Positions 1-13,489 of a stretch of 64,000 bases of DNA are shown piece by piece. How positions within the stretch are numbered: the stretch's first letter is position 1; every line of letters starts with the position of its first letter. Source of the DNA: Saccostrea echinata (lineage: Eukaryota). Both the position numbers and the translations under genes were made by a program. The notes under the pieces were generated by a model. It worked only from the letters and a program-made list of their open reading frames with translations, searched no databases and was not told the origin of the DNA. Location: assembly GCF_033153115.1 (NCBI RefSeq), contig NW_026889766.1, forward strand, positions 5,146,001-5,210,000, written 5' to 3'.

Positions 1-1250
1 ATTCAGGATATTTTGATCAAACTTCATATGCTGATCATATACTGATAAATACTGATGAGAGCTATTCAACTGCATCAGCATTTTTTTACCTTGACCTTTA
101 ATTTGACCTTGACTTCACTTTTCTTTAATTAGTGTTTAGCTCAGTTTTAAAGAAATCATTCAGGATAATGTTATCAAACTTCATGTGTTACATATTGATG
201 AGAGCGATTCAACTCCATCACCATTTTTTGACCTTGATCTATCCTTTGACCTTGACCTCACTTTTCTTAAATAAGTGTTAAATTTCATATGCTGATGTAC
301 TAGTAATCAATTCAACTGCATCAAACCGTTCACGGTAGCTCAGTCGGTAGAGCGCTCGCTCTGTGATCGGGAGGTAGTGAGTTCGAATCTCGGCCGCGAC
401 TGAACTAAGTCGAGAAAAAATGAGTAGCAACTGTTCCTCTGCCATGCGTTTGGCACTTTGAAGTGAAAGCTGCGGGTCCTTCGGATCAGACCTTAAAAAC
501 CGAAGCCCCGTGTCACGGCAGCCGTTGGCACGATAAAGATCCTTCACTGCTCAATGGCCCTGAGCCTGAGTGCCGAGTAAAGGTCAAAATTTTGAGCCCT
601 TCACCGGTATATGGTGACGTCTCTATATGAGTGAAAAATTCTCGAATGGGACGTTAAACAACATACAATCAATCAATCAAGCAAGCAAGCAAGCAACTTT
701 TTTGACCTTGACCTTTCGTTTGACCTTGACCTCACTTTTTATAAATTTGTGTTTAATTTAGTTTGTAAGAAAACATTCATAATATTTTTTAAATTTTTAT
801 CAAACTTCATATGCTTATACATACTGTTGTAAGCTTTTCAACTGCATCAACATTTTTTGACCTTTCCTTTGACCTTAACTTCATTCATTTTAAATTAGTG
901 TTTAGCTCAGCTTTAAATAAACCATTCAAAATATTTATATCAAACTTTGATATGTCAAACTCTGATATGTGTTTGACCTTGAACTTTCCTGTGATCTTAA
1001 CCTCACTTTTCTTAAATTTGCATTTTGCTTAGTTTAAAAAAACATTTAAGAAATATTTATGTAAGCTTATGCACTTATAATACATAATTTGGTGTGAATT
1101 TATATTCTATAACCAACTTTTTAGATTTCAATTTTAAAGAAACTATTCACGATATTCTCATCAAATTTCATACACTAATACAAATTTTCATGTTGCATTA
1201 CTAATATACCCTCTGCGGGGCATTCATGTCCTATGGACATATTTCTAGTT
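1..1250 (+). mobile_element. Non-autonomous Helentron/HINE-like element with ~145-157 bp internal tandem satellite (5' end outside window)
   Basis: Repeated units (atcaaacttcatatg...ttcaactgcatca...ttgaccttgacc) from 1 to ~1180, then hairpin atgtcc-tat-ggacat followed by CTAG and a T-run at ~1226-1250, the typical Helitron/Helentron 3' end. Confidence 0.7.
326..695 (+). mobile_element. tRNA-derived SINE (probably Meta-SINE-type core), inserted into the satellite
   Basis: Pol III A box tagctcagtcgg, B box gttcgaatc, core ggcacgataaagatccttcactgctcaatggcc, (caat)n/(caag)n tail. Near-identical copies at 28.3 kb and 60.2 kb. Confidence 0.9.
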
Positions 1251-1593
1251 TTTCTCAGGAATTATCAAAATCCAAATATTATGCACATAGATTCTAATAT
1301 ATGTACAATTGATCTGCATAATACATAAAAAGTCCTATCTTGAAAGCTGTAGGAGGATTTATTCGGTCAAATGATGTACCATTTTGGCAGTCGCCCACCC
1401 CTTTTCTTCATTTCAAAAATCTTATTTTTCCTACGCAAAACCCGGCTAATTGATAATAAAGTAAAGAATTTTACTGAATGAAAAAAAAAAACAAACAAAC
1501 AAACAAATACATATCCACTTTATTTCTTCTGATAATTGAATTTTAAATGTTGCTGACAATGAGAAGACGTAATCTTAACCTCTTGATCGTAGA

Positions 1594-1800
1594 TGGATTG
1601 ATTGTTAGTTGCTTTATATCCCTTTCGAGTTTTTTTCTCTCATATGAGACGTCACCATGTACCCGTGAAGGGCTTCAAAAGACCTCTCCTCGGCACTCAT
1701 GCATTGCCATTTAATAGTGAGGGTTTTTTATTGCGAGACCTCGGTTTTTAAGGCCCCGTGACATCTATTACCGGGCGCTTGGCGAAGAATGGTCACCACT
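1594..1800 (-). mobile_element. Degenerate 5'-truncated SINE copy
   Basis: Reverse-complement similarity to the SINE 3' half (catatgagacgtcacc...gaagggcttcaaa...cggcactca). Confidence 0.65.
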
Positions 1801-1873
1801 TTTGATTAGATCGTGTTAGGTTTGTTAGGTTAGTAAATAAAAATTATTACAAGCTGTAAGTTGTTATATTGTA

Positions 1874-1945
1874 ATTTTTAGCCCTCCTGAGCTGAAGGCT
1901 CAAGTGAGCTTTTCTAATCAAAATTTGTATATTGTCTGTCCTCGT
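1874..1945 (+). mobile_element. HINE/Helentron 5' end fragment
   Basis: ttttagccctcctgagctgaaggctcaagtgagcttttct matches the left end of the 22.9 kb HINE. Confidence 0.6.
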
Positions 1946-2984
1946 TGCCTTTGCCATCATTTTTGTATTCGTTAACTTTTCTTGCTGCAATCCACGATTG
2001 TCATACACTGTGTCCTCCCTCTTTCTATACTGTGCGAGAAAGGATGGGACGGATTAGTGAAGAAGTTATCAGAAGGTGGAAATCTATTGGACATACTGGA
2101 TTCTTAAACTTTTTTCAAGTCAAAAAAAAAAATAATAATAATAATTATCTTTTGTCATTTTTTTTTTTTTTGGTGAACCTGCATTTTTAGCACATTACTG
2201 ACAAACTTCAGTACCAAATTCATTTCAAGACCACTACAATCATTTCATTACTCGACAAACTGTGAGAAAAAAAATTGCAGCTTTGAAAACAAATCATAAT
2301 TGCATTCTTAGTTATAATGGCTTGAGTAAAGGTGTACATTTTACATCTTTCTTCCCCATATACCCATTTCGCTATCATTCCATGTTTTAGGTATTCAAGC
2401 AGGACAAAGATAATTTAATTTTACAATTTTTAGCTAACCTCAACAAAATTGGGGGAGCTTATATATACATGTAATACCTTTGTCGTCATCGTCATAGTTT
2501 GGGAAAATTTACTGTATAGTAAAATTTTTGGGAGGAAAGTTTGCTACATAGCAATGATTCCGAGATGGGCTTTATTACATAGTAAAATTTGCGGAAATAA
2601 TTCGATTGATCTAACAACAAGTAATCAAGCTCCTTTGCAGAGCAATGGCACCACTTCTAAACACAAACAGGCAAAAAGTAAGATCTCAATGTCTGGTATC
2701 TTCTAACAGTCGTAAAGCATACTAGTAGTAGCTAATTACTATAATGCTAAAAAAAATCTGCAAATCGGTATAACAGCATTTGTACAAAAAAATTGGACAG
2801 AGCGTTGAACAGAAGTCCTGCCAGCCTGCAATGAATTTTGTTGCTACCTGATGTTTGGTGCCAAGAAATAAAGGAATTTTTTCCTGATGTTCTTTTGACA
2901 TGTCTTTCTTGTAAATTATCATTTGGGGGACGGGGGGGGGGTAATTTTGGGGGCTTTAACTTCTATAGCTGTATATGAATTAAT

Positions 2985-3805
2985 GTCAACCAGACCTATT
3001 GTAGTGAACAGGATAAAGGGGTATCCCCCGGCCCGACTATAGAAAAAAGTAGTAGCTTAATTTGGAAATAAAAAGAAAATTAATGCAATTTTTTGGCCAA
3101 GAATGCCTTTTGAAGACAGGTAAGACTCCCGCCTAAGGATTATAGAGGTTTTTTTTTTTTTTTAGATATAAGCCAGAAACCGTATGTTTATTTGAGATAT
3201 TAGCCAGAAATAATATGTAAAAATATACATGTTTGTGACCTAAAAACCCTTTTCACTTTCACCTTAGACTCCTTTGCGAACATGTTTTCGTTAAATACAA
3301 CATTAAAGTAAATCTGATTTTATGCCATAGGAATTTGCGACCTTAATTGGGCCTTGCGTAAGTTAGAAAGAGTAGTCATCACCTAAAAAAGAAATCATTA
3401 CCTTGAAACCATGAATTATAGTGATCTTGACGTTTGGCCTTTACAACGCAAAATCAGTAGAGGTCTTCTTTAAGTTTTAAGAAGTTATGATATAAAAGGA
3501 TAGTATTTTCAGAGATATTATATAATCTGGAAATTAAAGTGCACCATTTCTTGATATATGAATTTGTAATTAAAATTATCTTTTTGATCTTTTGACCTAA
3601 AGTCAACTGGGGTCTTCTTCAAGTCATAGGAAGTTATGATATAAAATCTTATATTGCAAAAGATAATAGACTTTTAGGGATATATCTTCCGGAAACGAAA
3701 GTATTACAGACAGAATGATGAACAGCTAGACAGACTGACAGATTGGACGAGCGGACAGCTAGACGAAAATTAGATCCCTGTTATAGGGAAAAAAGGGGGG
3801 CAATT
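2985..3805 (-). mobile_element. Degenerate Helentron/HINE-like element with satellite units
   Basis: Repeated tttgacctaaaagtcaa..gggtcttct units and a gaca/gacg microsatellite near 3710-3765. Confidence 0.4.
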
Positions 3806-4339
3806 AATAATAATGCATCCTGGCGTAGAAATATTTACTATAAGACAATGAAATACTTTGAAAAATCCTCGTATATTTATCAGTATAAACTATTGCATAT
3901 ATTTGTTCAGCGAATTATTGAGTGGATAAAAGATTTACTTTTACCTACATTTATGGACACGTTTATGGATTTATCATTGCTATAAAGTTTGATTGTGTTA
4001 CGAAATCTGGTATGTGTTAGTGTATCAGAAAATCTTACCAAGGCTAAATATTGACACATCGACTTTAAAGGAACATTTAATAAAATTGATTCCACTATTA
4101 CTTCTTATGTAATTTTCTGTGACATATATAAGCGTTTTTAAGTGTGTCTTTGGCGTGTCCTATAAGTAGGAATAATATATGTTTAGTAATCTCGATTAAA
4201 GTAACCACTGATCTGCCTCTTCTTCATACAAACACCCCCATTTCTTTGAGTATTGGAATCGCCCGTTCTCAAAATTCGCACAATTATATGCGCGTGAATC
4301 GCTCTAAGCAGAGAGTTTTCATATTCAGCAATTAATAAT

Positions 4340-4471
4340 GCATGTTCGAGAACAGATGCGCGTGCAGGATGATGCGCTGGGACCACCTGTTTTCACACGT
4401 GCGTGTATCCTCTCAGGGTTGTAAATAATTTGACTCCCGTGGAATTTGTTTAAAATACGCCTATAGAACAG
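4340..4471 (+). promoter_or_regulatory. Candidate promoter and non-coding first exon of the LHFPL2-like gene
   Basis: Locally CpG-rich, E-box cacgtg, strong donor CAG|GTAAGT at 4471/4472. The first coding exon has an acceptor at 9203 and so needs an upstream exon. Confidence 0.35.
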
Positions 4472-4985
4472 GTAAGTCCGTCTAAGGACGTGGTGCTTTA
4501 AATGTTACATTTTTTTTAATATAGAAAGATGATACCTTGTGTTTATGCATCATTCAGTTTTTTGCTGTACTATCTCCCTTACACATGTGTGTTTCTGGTC
4601 ACTGTAGCTATTTATCATTTTGACAGAGGCTGAAAGGTCGAGGTGAAAGATATTTTTTTTCTCTGGGCAATCGTGAGGTACTTAATACTTCACAGTAAAT
4701 GTTGCGGCTCTTCACGCCGTGGAATATTTTCCCTCAGCATAGTAAAACGATGACATCAATGTTTACATACATTATTCATAGTTAATCAATTCCTATACCT
4801 AAAAGACGCGCGCACTGCTTTAACCTAGAGCTGGGGAGTGTCATAAATTAAGATACTTATACACTGAAGGGCTACCGGCGGTTCACATTCATTAACATGT
4901 AAATGTGTTTAATCATGAATGCAATAGAATTTGATCTGTATCAAGGGGTAATTTAACGTGTGTATTCATTACGCAGGTGAGTTAA

Positions 4986-5688
4986 GGCTAGGTATGGACA
5001 TTTCTATGCAAATTAACTAATTAAAACGTCTAAGGACTATATCTATTATACAGAAAAAGTTAAAACTTATTGTCTAATACATACTTGGTACCCACGACAT
5101 GAGATAGCCAGTACACATTATGACGTCATATTATGACGTCATAGTTCTTTACTTCACATGATTATAATGGACATCAACAAAAATGGTTCGGCGCAAGGGC
5201 ATGCTCTATTTTATTTAACTGAAACATGGTATATTCAGAAGCAAAATATTCCGAAGTTTGTTGGTATTGCTGCACAAAAATCAACAGCTTAGTTGAATAA
5301 TTTCTATTTGTAAAGTTCTAAGTTGAATAAGGGTAAAAATGTACAGTCCGGTAAAAGTTTCCTCAAATTCCGATCAAATGAGAAAATGCCTAGGATTTGT
5401 GCAGCAGTTTTATTAATCTATAGAATATTCTTCTTAGCATTATACAATTTTTATGTAAAAATAAATAGGGTAATCCCTTGCGCCGAAGCTGTTTTGTTGA
5501 TGTGTTTTATTACCTCCAGTAGGTAAGATCAGTGACGTCATAATATGACGTCATAATGTGCACTGGCTATGACATATCAATGGTACTAAGTATGCATAAG
5601 AAAATAAATCAAAACTTTCTCTGAATAATAAATATACCTCTTATGCATTTTTATAAGCTCATTTGCATAGAAACGCCTAAACCTAGCC
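4986..5688. mobile_element. Kolobok-like non-autonomous DNA transposon (MITE)
   Basis: TTAA on both sides (4982-4985, 5689-5692), GG...CC termini, ~155 bp imperfect terminal inverted repeats. Confidence 0.75.
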
Positions 5689-6639
5689 TTAACTCACATG
5701 CGTAAACAGGACGTTTATAACTTCTAGAGACGTGTTCTGCTACAGTTCATGTAAGTAAAGTGTGTTCTACTAACAAACACAGGAAGTTTTATTTTAAAGC
5801 TTTGATCAGTAGCCATTGGGCTGTGTGAAGGATGAGAAAAAATTTAAATTATCCCTCCATTTATTTTCTGGCTCATTAAGGACTTGTAAGACGAGGTAGG
5901 GTTTTTGATAGATTAAGGGTTGCAGTATAACTCTGACGGATTAAGTTTTGCTTGTTCATGTTGTTTGAAGGACGAAATCAGGACATTTTGAAGACTCTGA
6001 TTTCATACTGCGCTTTATAAAAGATTTCTACATACACTTGTCATGCGATCAACTGTATACGTTTAATTTTTGATTTGTGACGTGCAGTCAATCCAGCAGC
6101 TCTTATAAAAATGATTTTAAGAACTGGTTTTATCTGAAAATGCAGATATAATCGTCAAATAACATCGTAGGAATATATACATGTTTAAATTAAATAATCG
6201 CCATCTGGGAATGTAACAGCTAGGAGAGGGGAAGGTGTGGTGACTTTATTGAAGGGGGGGGGGGGGTATACTAACATGTATTTAGTTAGTTTAGGTGACC
6301 TTGACTTGATGTCGTGATTTTGCCTTTTGCATATAAATTTAGGAAGTAGCACGTATAGATAAATAAAAGTAGCGTTCAAATACCACATGTAATTTGAATT
6401 AAAAGTCTCTCAATAAATATATAGTTGGCAAGACTGTGCAATTAAGATTAAATCCTTATTTAAGATTTTTTAAAAATGTGAAAATGTAACATTATTCTAC
6501 ACAGGAAGGTCAAAAACTGACACAATATCAAAGTTGTGGAAATATCCCCCTTAGACATGTTAGAGCTGAATAAATGTGTCTTAATTTTTTCCTCTACGGC
6601 ATTGCTATGTTTTGATGTATTTACAGAGTTTAACAAATT

Positions 6640-6900
6640 GACAACGAACAATGTACAAACCGTTATCCTTGCTATTCAGTAAGAATTCATTATTACTTAC
6701 AAAACAACAGATTTATAACGAACATCCGTATCCTTATCGTCGCTATTCAGTAAGAACTCAATATAATTTACAATACAACCCATTTATAACGAACACCCAA
6801 ATACGAGTATCATTATCTTTGCTATTCAGAAAGATTATTTACAGTCCAGCCCATTTTAAACGAACATCCAAAAACTATTATTTTCACTTTTTGATAAGAA
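6640..6900. repeat. Degenerate ~70 bp tandem repeat
   Basis: Recurring aacgaaca...ttatc(c/g/t)t(t/c)gctattcag(t/a)aaga, 3-4 copies. Confidence 0.55.
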
Positions 6901-9252
6901 ATCATATTATTAAGAGTAATTTGTTTAATTTAAACCCCAGAACATTATTTTGATTCAACTCCCTATAAGAGTTAGTTATCTGTGTCTTCGTTTACACAAC
7001 AAGGTAGGCGCATATCATGCGTGCCGTTGTACAATTGTCTAAATATCTATATCAATGATTACGGTGTTTTGGACTACGTACGTTTTTCTTTAAATCATTT
7101 TCTTTACAAACACTGTTTGGTCATATTGGTAACTAAAAAACTTAATATGTAAATATCTTTTTCAGCAAAATATACAAAATTATTCATAAGAATTAAAAGA
7201 AATTAAACTTGAAGATGCACTACGAATATAAATTATTCGGCAAAAATATTGCGAATGGCTTTCCAGTTAAGCCCAGAGAACAGTAAAAAAATGATGGGTA
7301 AATGAGAAAATACAAATACTGTTTTGGCATAGAGACTGTAAGAGACGGGGGGACGCCGGATTATCATACCCTAAGTATGATCCAAACACAGCGGGGAGGG
7401 GCGCGCACCATCTGCCGCGGTTGTTGTGATAATGAGTAATAGTGGAGGCTGTCGACCAAGTAACGTGTTATCAAAGTTGTAACGGTAATCAGAGTTATCT
7501 CCACAGCTGTCTGTGATGTAGAGCCTGATTCAGAGTCAGGATCTCAGCGAATCTCTCTCTCTCCCCATCTCTCTCTCTCTCGCTACATTGTATTACTCTC
7601 TCTCCATCTCTCTGAAACTTGAAAAGATGAAGATATGCAAACAAAATTCAGTTCGATATTCATGCAATTGTGGAAAGATTTTAATGTATCACGCATGTAT
7701 GCATTACACTAAGAAAAGAATTTGCATGCAGGAATGGAAGTCAACATTTACATTGATGATTCTGATTTCAGGAAAATTGACCAGAGATTCAAAATGAAAC
7801 AAATATTGCTAAAACATGTAAAACAGAGTGTGACTCAATTCAAAACACGCTTCCTTTGAAAGCATTTACATAGACTATGGAATGCATTGGTATAGATTTA
7901 CATAGATATTGTCATGTACACATTTTGATATATATATTTTTTTTTTGGCATGAATACATTTTTAAGTATCAAATTCTAGATTTAGTGAACGACGATACAT
8001 TTGGAGTTCATAAGAAAAATTAACGACTTTTTCTTAGATCCGCTCCATATTAAACAAATACTTCAAAAGAAGCACCGTTGCAGATGATAATAGAAAGATC
8101 AAGACACGTTATCCGTGGGTATCCGTGTTATCGAATTCGTTAGAGGAAATCTTAGGGCAGGCGAGGTTCCTTAACCTCTGACAGGAACTTTTCACGGGGT
8201 GATAGCAACTGAGTTAATGATAGATTTTTTAATCACAATAAAGGCTTTCTTAATTAAACAATTATGTCTGGAATGCCTGTATATATACTATAGCTTATAG
8301 TGAAACTGTCGTATTTATCATTACCTGGGCCTAGTCGACCTTATCATACATTCTTTGAAATGTTTTTCGCGAAAAGAATCTAAGGAATACAATTAAAGAA
8401 TGCAACATTTCTCTAATAATGTCGGAATATGTATTTTACCCGTTGCAAAGAAGAAAAATACCACATAGCATTTTTTTTTCTATTTGTCACCCCCCTTCCC
8501 CCACCCAGTAACACACATACGCGTACGCGCGCATACAAACAGACAGATTGTTAGGACACCAGATTCTCGAGCCCGATCAGAAAGTCGATTGTTTGGTCAA
8601 AGATCGACCTACAGCACAGAAAACCGATTTAGTGAACGGTTTGCATAATCCGCGTATCATTAGATAAGCCGATTTAGACCACTTGATGTCAGACAGCGGT
8701 TTATTTGACATTGGACGGTGAATTATAATATAATGGTTTTATAATACAAAGATACATTTCTTTAAGAATCGGAATTAAAAGGCGATCAAAGTAAAAGCGG
8801 ATTAAAATACGGCGTGAAAATTCTGCAGGGCGCCTCGTATACTGATCCTTAGAATTCCTGGGTATAATTCTAAACTTAACATGTACGTTCATTTCGTTAA
8901 AATCTAGAATATGATATGATAAACAAATAAAATATCAAATAAAACACAATCGTATGCCTGGTTATTAAATAGAATCATGCATAATAGAGATGTTCCCCCC
9001 TTTTTATGAAAAGTTTACCTTAAGACGATATCTATCAGTTACATGTAATAGTACAGAGTGTATAGATTTATTTTAAAATCAGCTAAGGTTGGAAACAAAT
9101 TCGTCAAATTTTGCAATCTATAAAAATAACTAAACTTGTCATTTTATATATTAAATGGTATAAAAGATGCATGGTAAATATATTGTGTTTCTTTTATTTA
9201 CAGAAAGTAAACTTAATCGAACACGTTCGTTGATTTTCATCTGGAGGACATA

Positions 9253-9697
9253 ATGTGTTACGTCATCGTCACATGTCGTTCTTTAGGCTGGACGCTTTTA
9301 AGTGTCACTGTTACCTTGGCAACTGTCGCCGCTGTTATCTCGCCTCACTGGATGATCGGAACCCCTCGAGAAACTGCCATAAAATTGCTGAATGCTTCAG
9401 AAGATTTTATGGACTCTGAAACTTTCAGACCAACGCTAGGAATATTTAATAGATGTACAAAACTTCAGTTAGACTTCCAAATAGCCAAAGTCAGGGATAA
9501 TTGTGCCACATTCGTTGTGTCGTTTTCTGCAGCGGACGATTTTTTCCCGCATGCGTGGAAGGCATGTGTGATATTGTTCGGTATTGCCGGAACCCTTCTG
9601 CTCTTTTCCATGTTGTGTTCTGTAATGAGTTTGTTTGTCCGATCAATTTGTGGAAAAAGTATATTTACAGTTGCAGGATTTATACAAAGTATTGGAG
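9253..9697 (+). CDS. LHFPL2: LHFPL tetraspan subfamily member 2-like, coding exon 1
   Basis: MCYVIVTCRSLGWTLLS...PTLGIFNRC...KSIFTVAGFIQSIG matches the LHFPL2 N-terminus (MCHVIVTCRSMLWTLLS). Acceptor at 9203, phase-1 GT donor at 9698. Confidence 0.93.
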
Positions 9698-10039
9698 GTA
9701 AATATTTATAGTTACACAAGTCTTGTTCAACCTGAATAAAATCTAAAATCCCTTAGAAACATATTAAATTGGCCTTTTTGTATGATCGATATAATAATTT
9801 GGTAGACCAATAATTTCAACAGTCCGCTGACCTTTTTAAGACTGTAATACCTTCAGGGGTTCTTTTAAGACTGATGACATTGGTTACCAGCGCTCTGAAG
9901 ACTGCAATGAGGGGCAGAGAATCAGTGCTCCACATTTTCTGATTTTTTAATGTAAATAGTTAAGTAAGCCTTTAACAGTGTTTAAAATCATAATTCAAAT
10001 ATTTTAAGTTTTTAATCCCATATTTATAATTTTTTTCAG

Positions 10040-10153
10040 GTCTATTTTCAGTGATCGCGCTGGTCATATACCCCACTGGTTGGGGCACCAAAAGGGTGCG
10101 GGACCTTTGTGGTGAATATGCTGAGCCTTACGTTATAGATAACTGTACAATAG
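10040..10153 (+). CDS. LHFPL2: LHFPL2-like, coding exon 2
   Basis: ttttcag acceptor; GLFSVIALVIYPTGWGTKRVRDLCGEYAEPYVIDNCTIG contains the family YPxGW motif; donor gtgag. Confidence 0.93.
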
Positions 10154-11385
10154 GTGAGTACATGACAGAAAGTACTAGTGCACCTGCACCATAAACAAGT
10201 AAACGATGAAAACACTTAACGCAGCTGGGTAATAGCGTGCTCTATTTGAAGGACATAGCATACATGGAAAAATACATTATTTATCTTTAGAGAAGGAAAC
10301 TTTCAAAATGTATTTAATTTACATGATTTAGCGAATTTATAATCCTTTTAGTATTAACTCCTTGATGTTTAAGATGGTGCTGGTATCGTCCTTCCGATCT
10401 GGTGTCTACATATACACGAATTCTTTGAATCATTTTGCAAATATTATAACAGAAATATAATCATACGACATTAAGTTATACATCCTTAAATTAGATGTAC
10501 ATATGTACTAGCAAACATTCGAAATATGAAAATGATATATTATTGTTTAGAATTTGTACGTTTTATTGCAAAATACCGTTGAGGGTCCATGCTTTTCATT
10601 ATCATACATAATTTCAATTAGAAAATAACAACTTTCACAGTTAAAGAATAAAAACTGGCAAAATAGAATTATTTTTCATTTTATTTGACATATATTTCTT
10701 GTAATAAAATAAGTACCCTTGCATGAATAAGATTGAGTCAAAATAAAGACTAAAAATATCAGAACAATTAAGGTTTCTTCGACCCTTTGGTAAGAGAGGC
10801 AACTCGTACAGGGACTTATGACTATTACATGTAATTGTCTAGTTAAGGACATACGCAACGTAGTTTGAACTTTATTGTCTTTTTCCCTGGAGTTGAAGAG
10901 TTCCAATACTGAAAGGAACTGTGTGCTACATCTAATGTCTATATATGCCGTTGTACACTTCTTCTAAAACATGTTTGGATAAACAAAACATCCAGAATAT
11001 ATGTTTTGTAATTTTTGTATATTTTTCTTTGATTTATACAAGAATCTTCATCAATTGATATCTATTCAAAACCCCTGGTAATGCATGCTGATTTTTTGTC
11101 TACGAACATCTGATGGCACTATAATCTTAAATTAAGAATATCTTGAAAAAATATCAGTAGGTAAGGTACGTTGCGTATGTCCTTAAAAGTTATATTTTGT
11201 CAAACTTTAACAGGAAGGTAAGCTAAAATGTTTTGCATTTCAATGATTTTTCCTTTCAAATATCATCACTGATGCAGTTTTTTTTTATTTGTCAACAGAG
11301 GGATGGTGAACCTCTGTTAAATCTTATATACCAAGTTTGGTGTATTTTTACATAATTTTTTATTATCCAATATTTATTTGTTAAG

Positions 11386-11528
11386 GTTGGTCTTACTACC
11401 TCGGAATTGCGGCCACAGTACTCGTGTTTGTAGCAGCGGTTTTGTCTGTTCCCGCCGACAGATCCACAACAAGCAGGAAAGTAGAGGAGGAAATGCTGGA
11501 AGGAAAAAATCTCATTTGTGTATTGTGA
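11386..11528 (+). CDS. LHFPL2: LHFPL2-like, coding exon 3 (total CDS 702 nt, 233 aa)
   Basis: GWSYYLGIAATVLVFVAAVLS...KVEEEMLEGKNLICVL* matches the LHFPL2 C-terminus (EEGKNLICLL); frames join across all introns. Confidence 0.93.
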
Positions 11529-13489
11529 CATCACTTCCTGAACCCAATATTTGAAACACCTCGGCTTGTTTCTGAAGAAACATTTCCTTTTATTAACTTG
11601 TGCGTCCGATTGTTTTGTGCTGATGAAAAATGCTGGTAAATGAGATTAATTATGGCATTTTTTAAAAATACCAATTTCAGGGTTTCAAATATTTCTTTGG
11701 TAAAATATGTTAAGATTTTTTGAAGTTTCACTATGAAGCTATTAAAATGGAAATATTTTGCCAAATGAAATAACACAAAGGTGTAAATTTTAATAGAACA
11801 TGTTCATCTATTGTTGATCTATAATTTGTCAGTCGTAAAGTATACTAACTCTAGTCTCCAAGGATTATATGATATAAAGTTACAAATGAGAAACCAAAGA
11901 TATGTATGTATATCCGGAATATACGTGTACTCAAAACCGACTACTGAACATCGAGATGATCTGCATGTTCTCTAGTGTTGCCAGCAGGAAAAATACGATT
12001 CTTTAACTACTTTAAAAAAAAATCCTCGGCGAAGTTTTTTTTTCTAGTTGCACGTGTGCTTGTGTATTTTTATACCTTTGTAACTTACCCAAAAACGATC
12101 AATAAATGCAAGTTGAATTTTGAATCCTGTTTGTACTGAAACTTGCAAAAAATTATGTTAGTACCAAAAATTTTATATAAATACCAAGGGTAAAAAAGGT
12201 AATACATATAAGTTGATTGAATTCAGTGAATGAAAGAGTTATGTCTGTACGAGTGTGTTGATATTACGTTTATTAAGAATACTCAGTCCACAATGACAAA
12301 GAACGTAGATTAAATAAAACTTATTTATATGGCGATGTCATTGTGTATATATAGGAGGTTTGACTTAACATGGACTGTATTTATTCTCTCTAGAGAAGTG
12401 GACAAGCTTTCACCTACATCCAAAGCCTGTCCACTTCTCTATAGAGAATATAGAACAGTTTTTGTATACTTAAGTTATTATGAATTTTGTACTGATCATA
12501 TATATGTTTTTTCTCCCTGTGTACATATTCTAATGATATGAGTGTTTTTGGTTTGATTGTTCATTTATTTCAATGTGTAATTACAAATCATTAAATAATT
12601 GTTAATTTATTCCCTCTTTTTATTTATGTTTTTTTTTACATTTATATGATTTTTTTTCATTTTCACTTCTACCTTCATTTACACAATTTTTTCATTGTTC
12701 ATTTATCAACTGTTATTCAGAATAAATTATGAGCATGTTTACAATTGATTTAAAAATAAACGTAATTCAAAAAAAGTTTTTTTTTATTCTTTCAGACTGA
12801 CCCCATATGCAAAGTATGAATACACAACCCTAAAATTACTAAACAAGATAATTATACAGATGTATTAAAAAGTTGGGTCTTGTGTCTCCCATCTTTAATT
12901 CAAAAGTGTTGGGGGGATTTCACTGTGATGTTATTCATGTACTAGGACGTACATAACAAATTAGTGACTTGAAGCATTTCCCAGGCTCGCAACATGATAA
13001 TAAGGCCGTGATGTACAGTGTATCTTATTTAATTCAGCAGGCGTGTTTTGTTGAAAGTTCAAGCAATACTCTTTGAACTGCCACTTGGTTGCAATCAAAT
13101 GTTCACTGTTTGGAACTCTGATCTATCTTTGGACATTTTGATGCTCAAATATTTTGGTTTCTACTGGTTACTTACCACTTCTCCATGAATGTTGAGTTTC
13201 AGAAGACTCGGGTCCATTTTTGCGTTACATATATATATTGTTTTAACACTTTTACGAACACCTGCTAAACTTGACCTTTGAACCTTCAAGGCTGTATCAA
13301 GTCTAAGACTGAAATTCACTGCAACTTTTAAGGAAATGTTCATTTCCCTCTAGTCACCTATACCTTATATCTGTTACGAATACGATTGCATGTTTGAGAA
13401 GAAATATATGTTCTAATGCATGCAGTGCTAAGAGCATCGGCAAATGTGGCAGAGGCAGTGGTTGTCGCCACAATGATTTTGTCAAAAAA

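Noticed and set aside
326-400. tRNA gene (also at 28520-28594, 60183-60255 and 52680-52760)
   Set aside because: The tRNA-like heads run into a shared SINE body with tail and TSDs.
9253-9711. Stand-alone 152-aa protein
   Set aside because: The ORF reads through the donor at 9698; the real CDS continues in two more exons.
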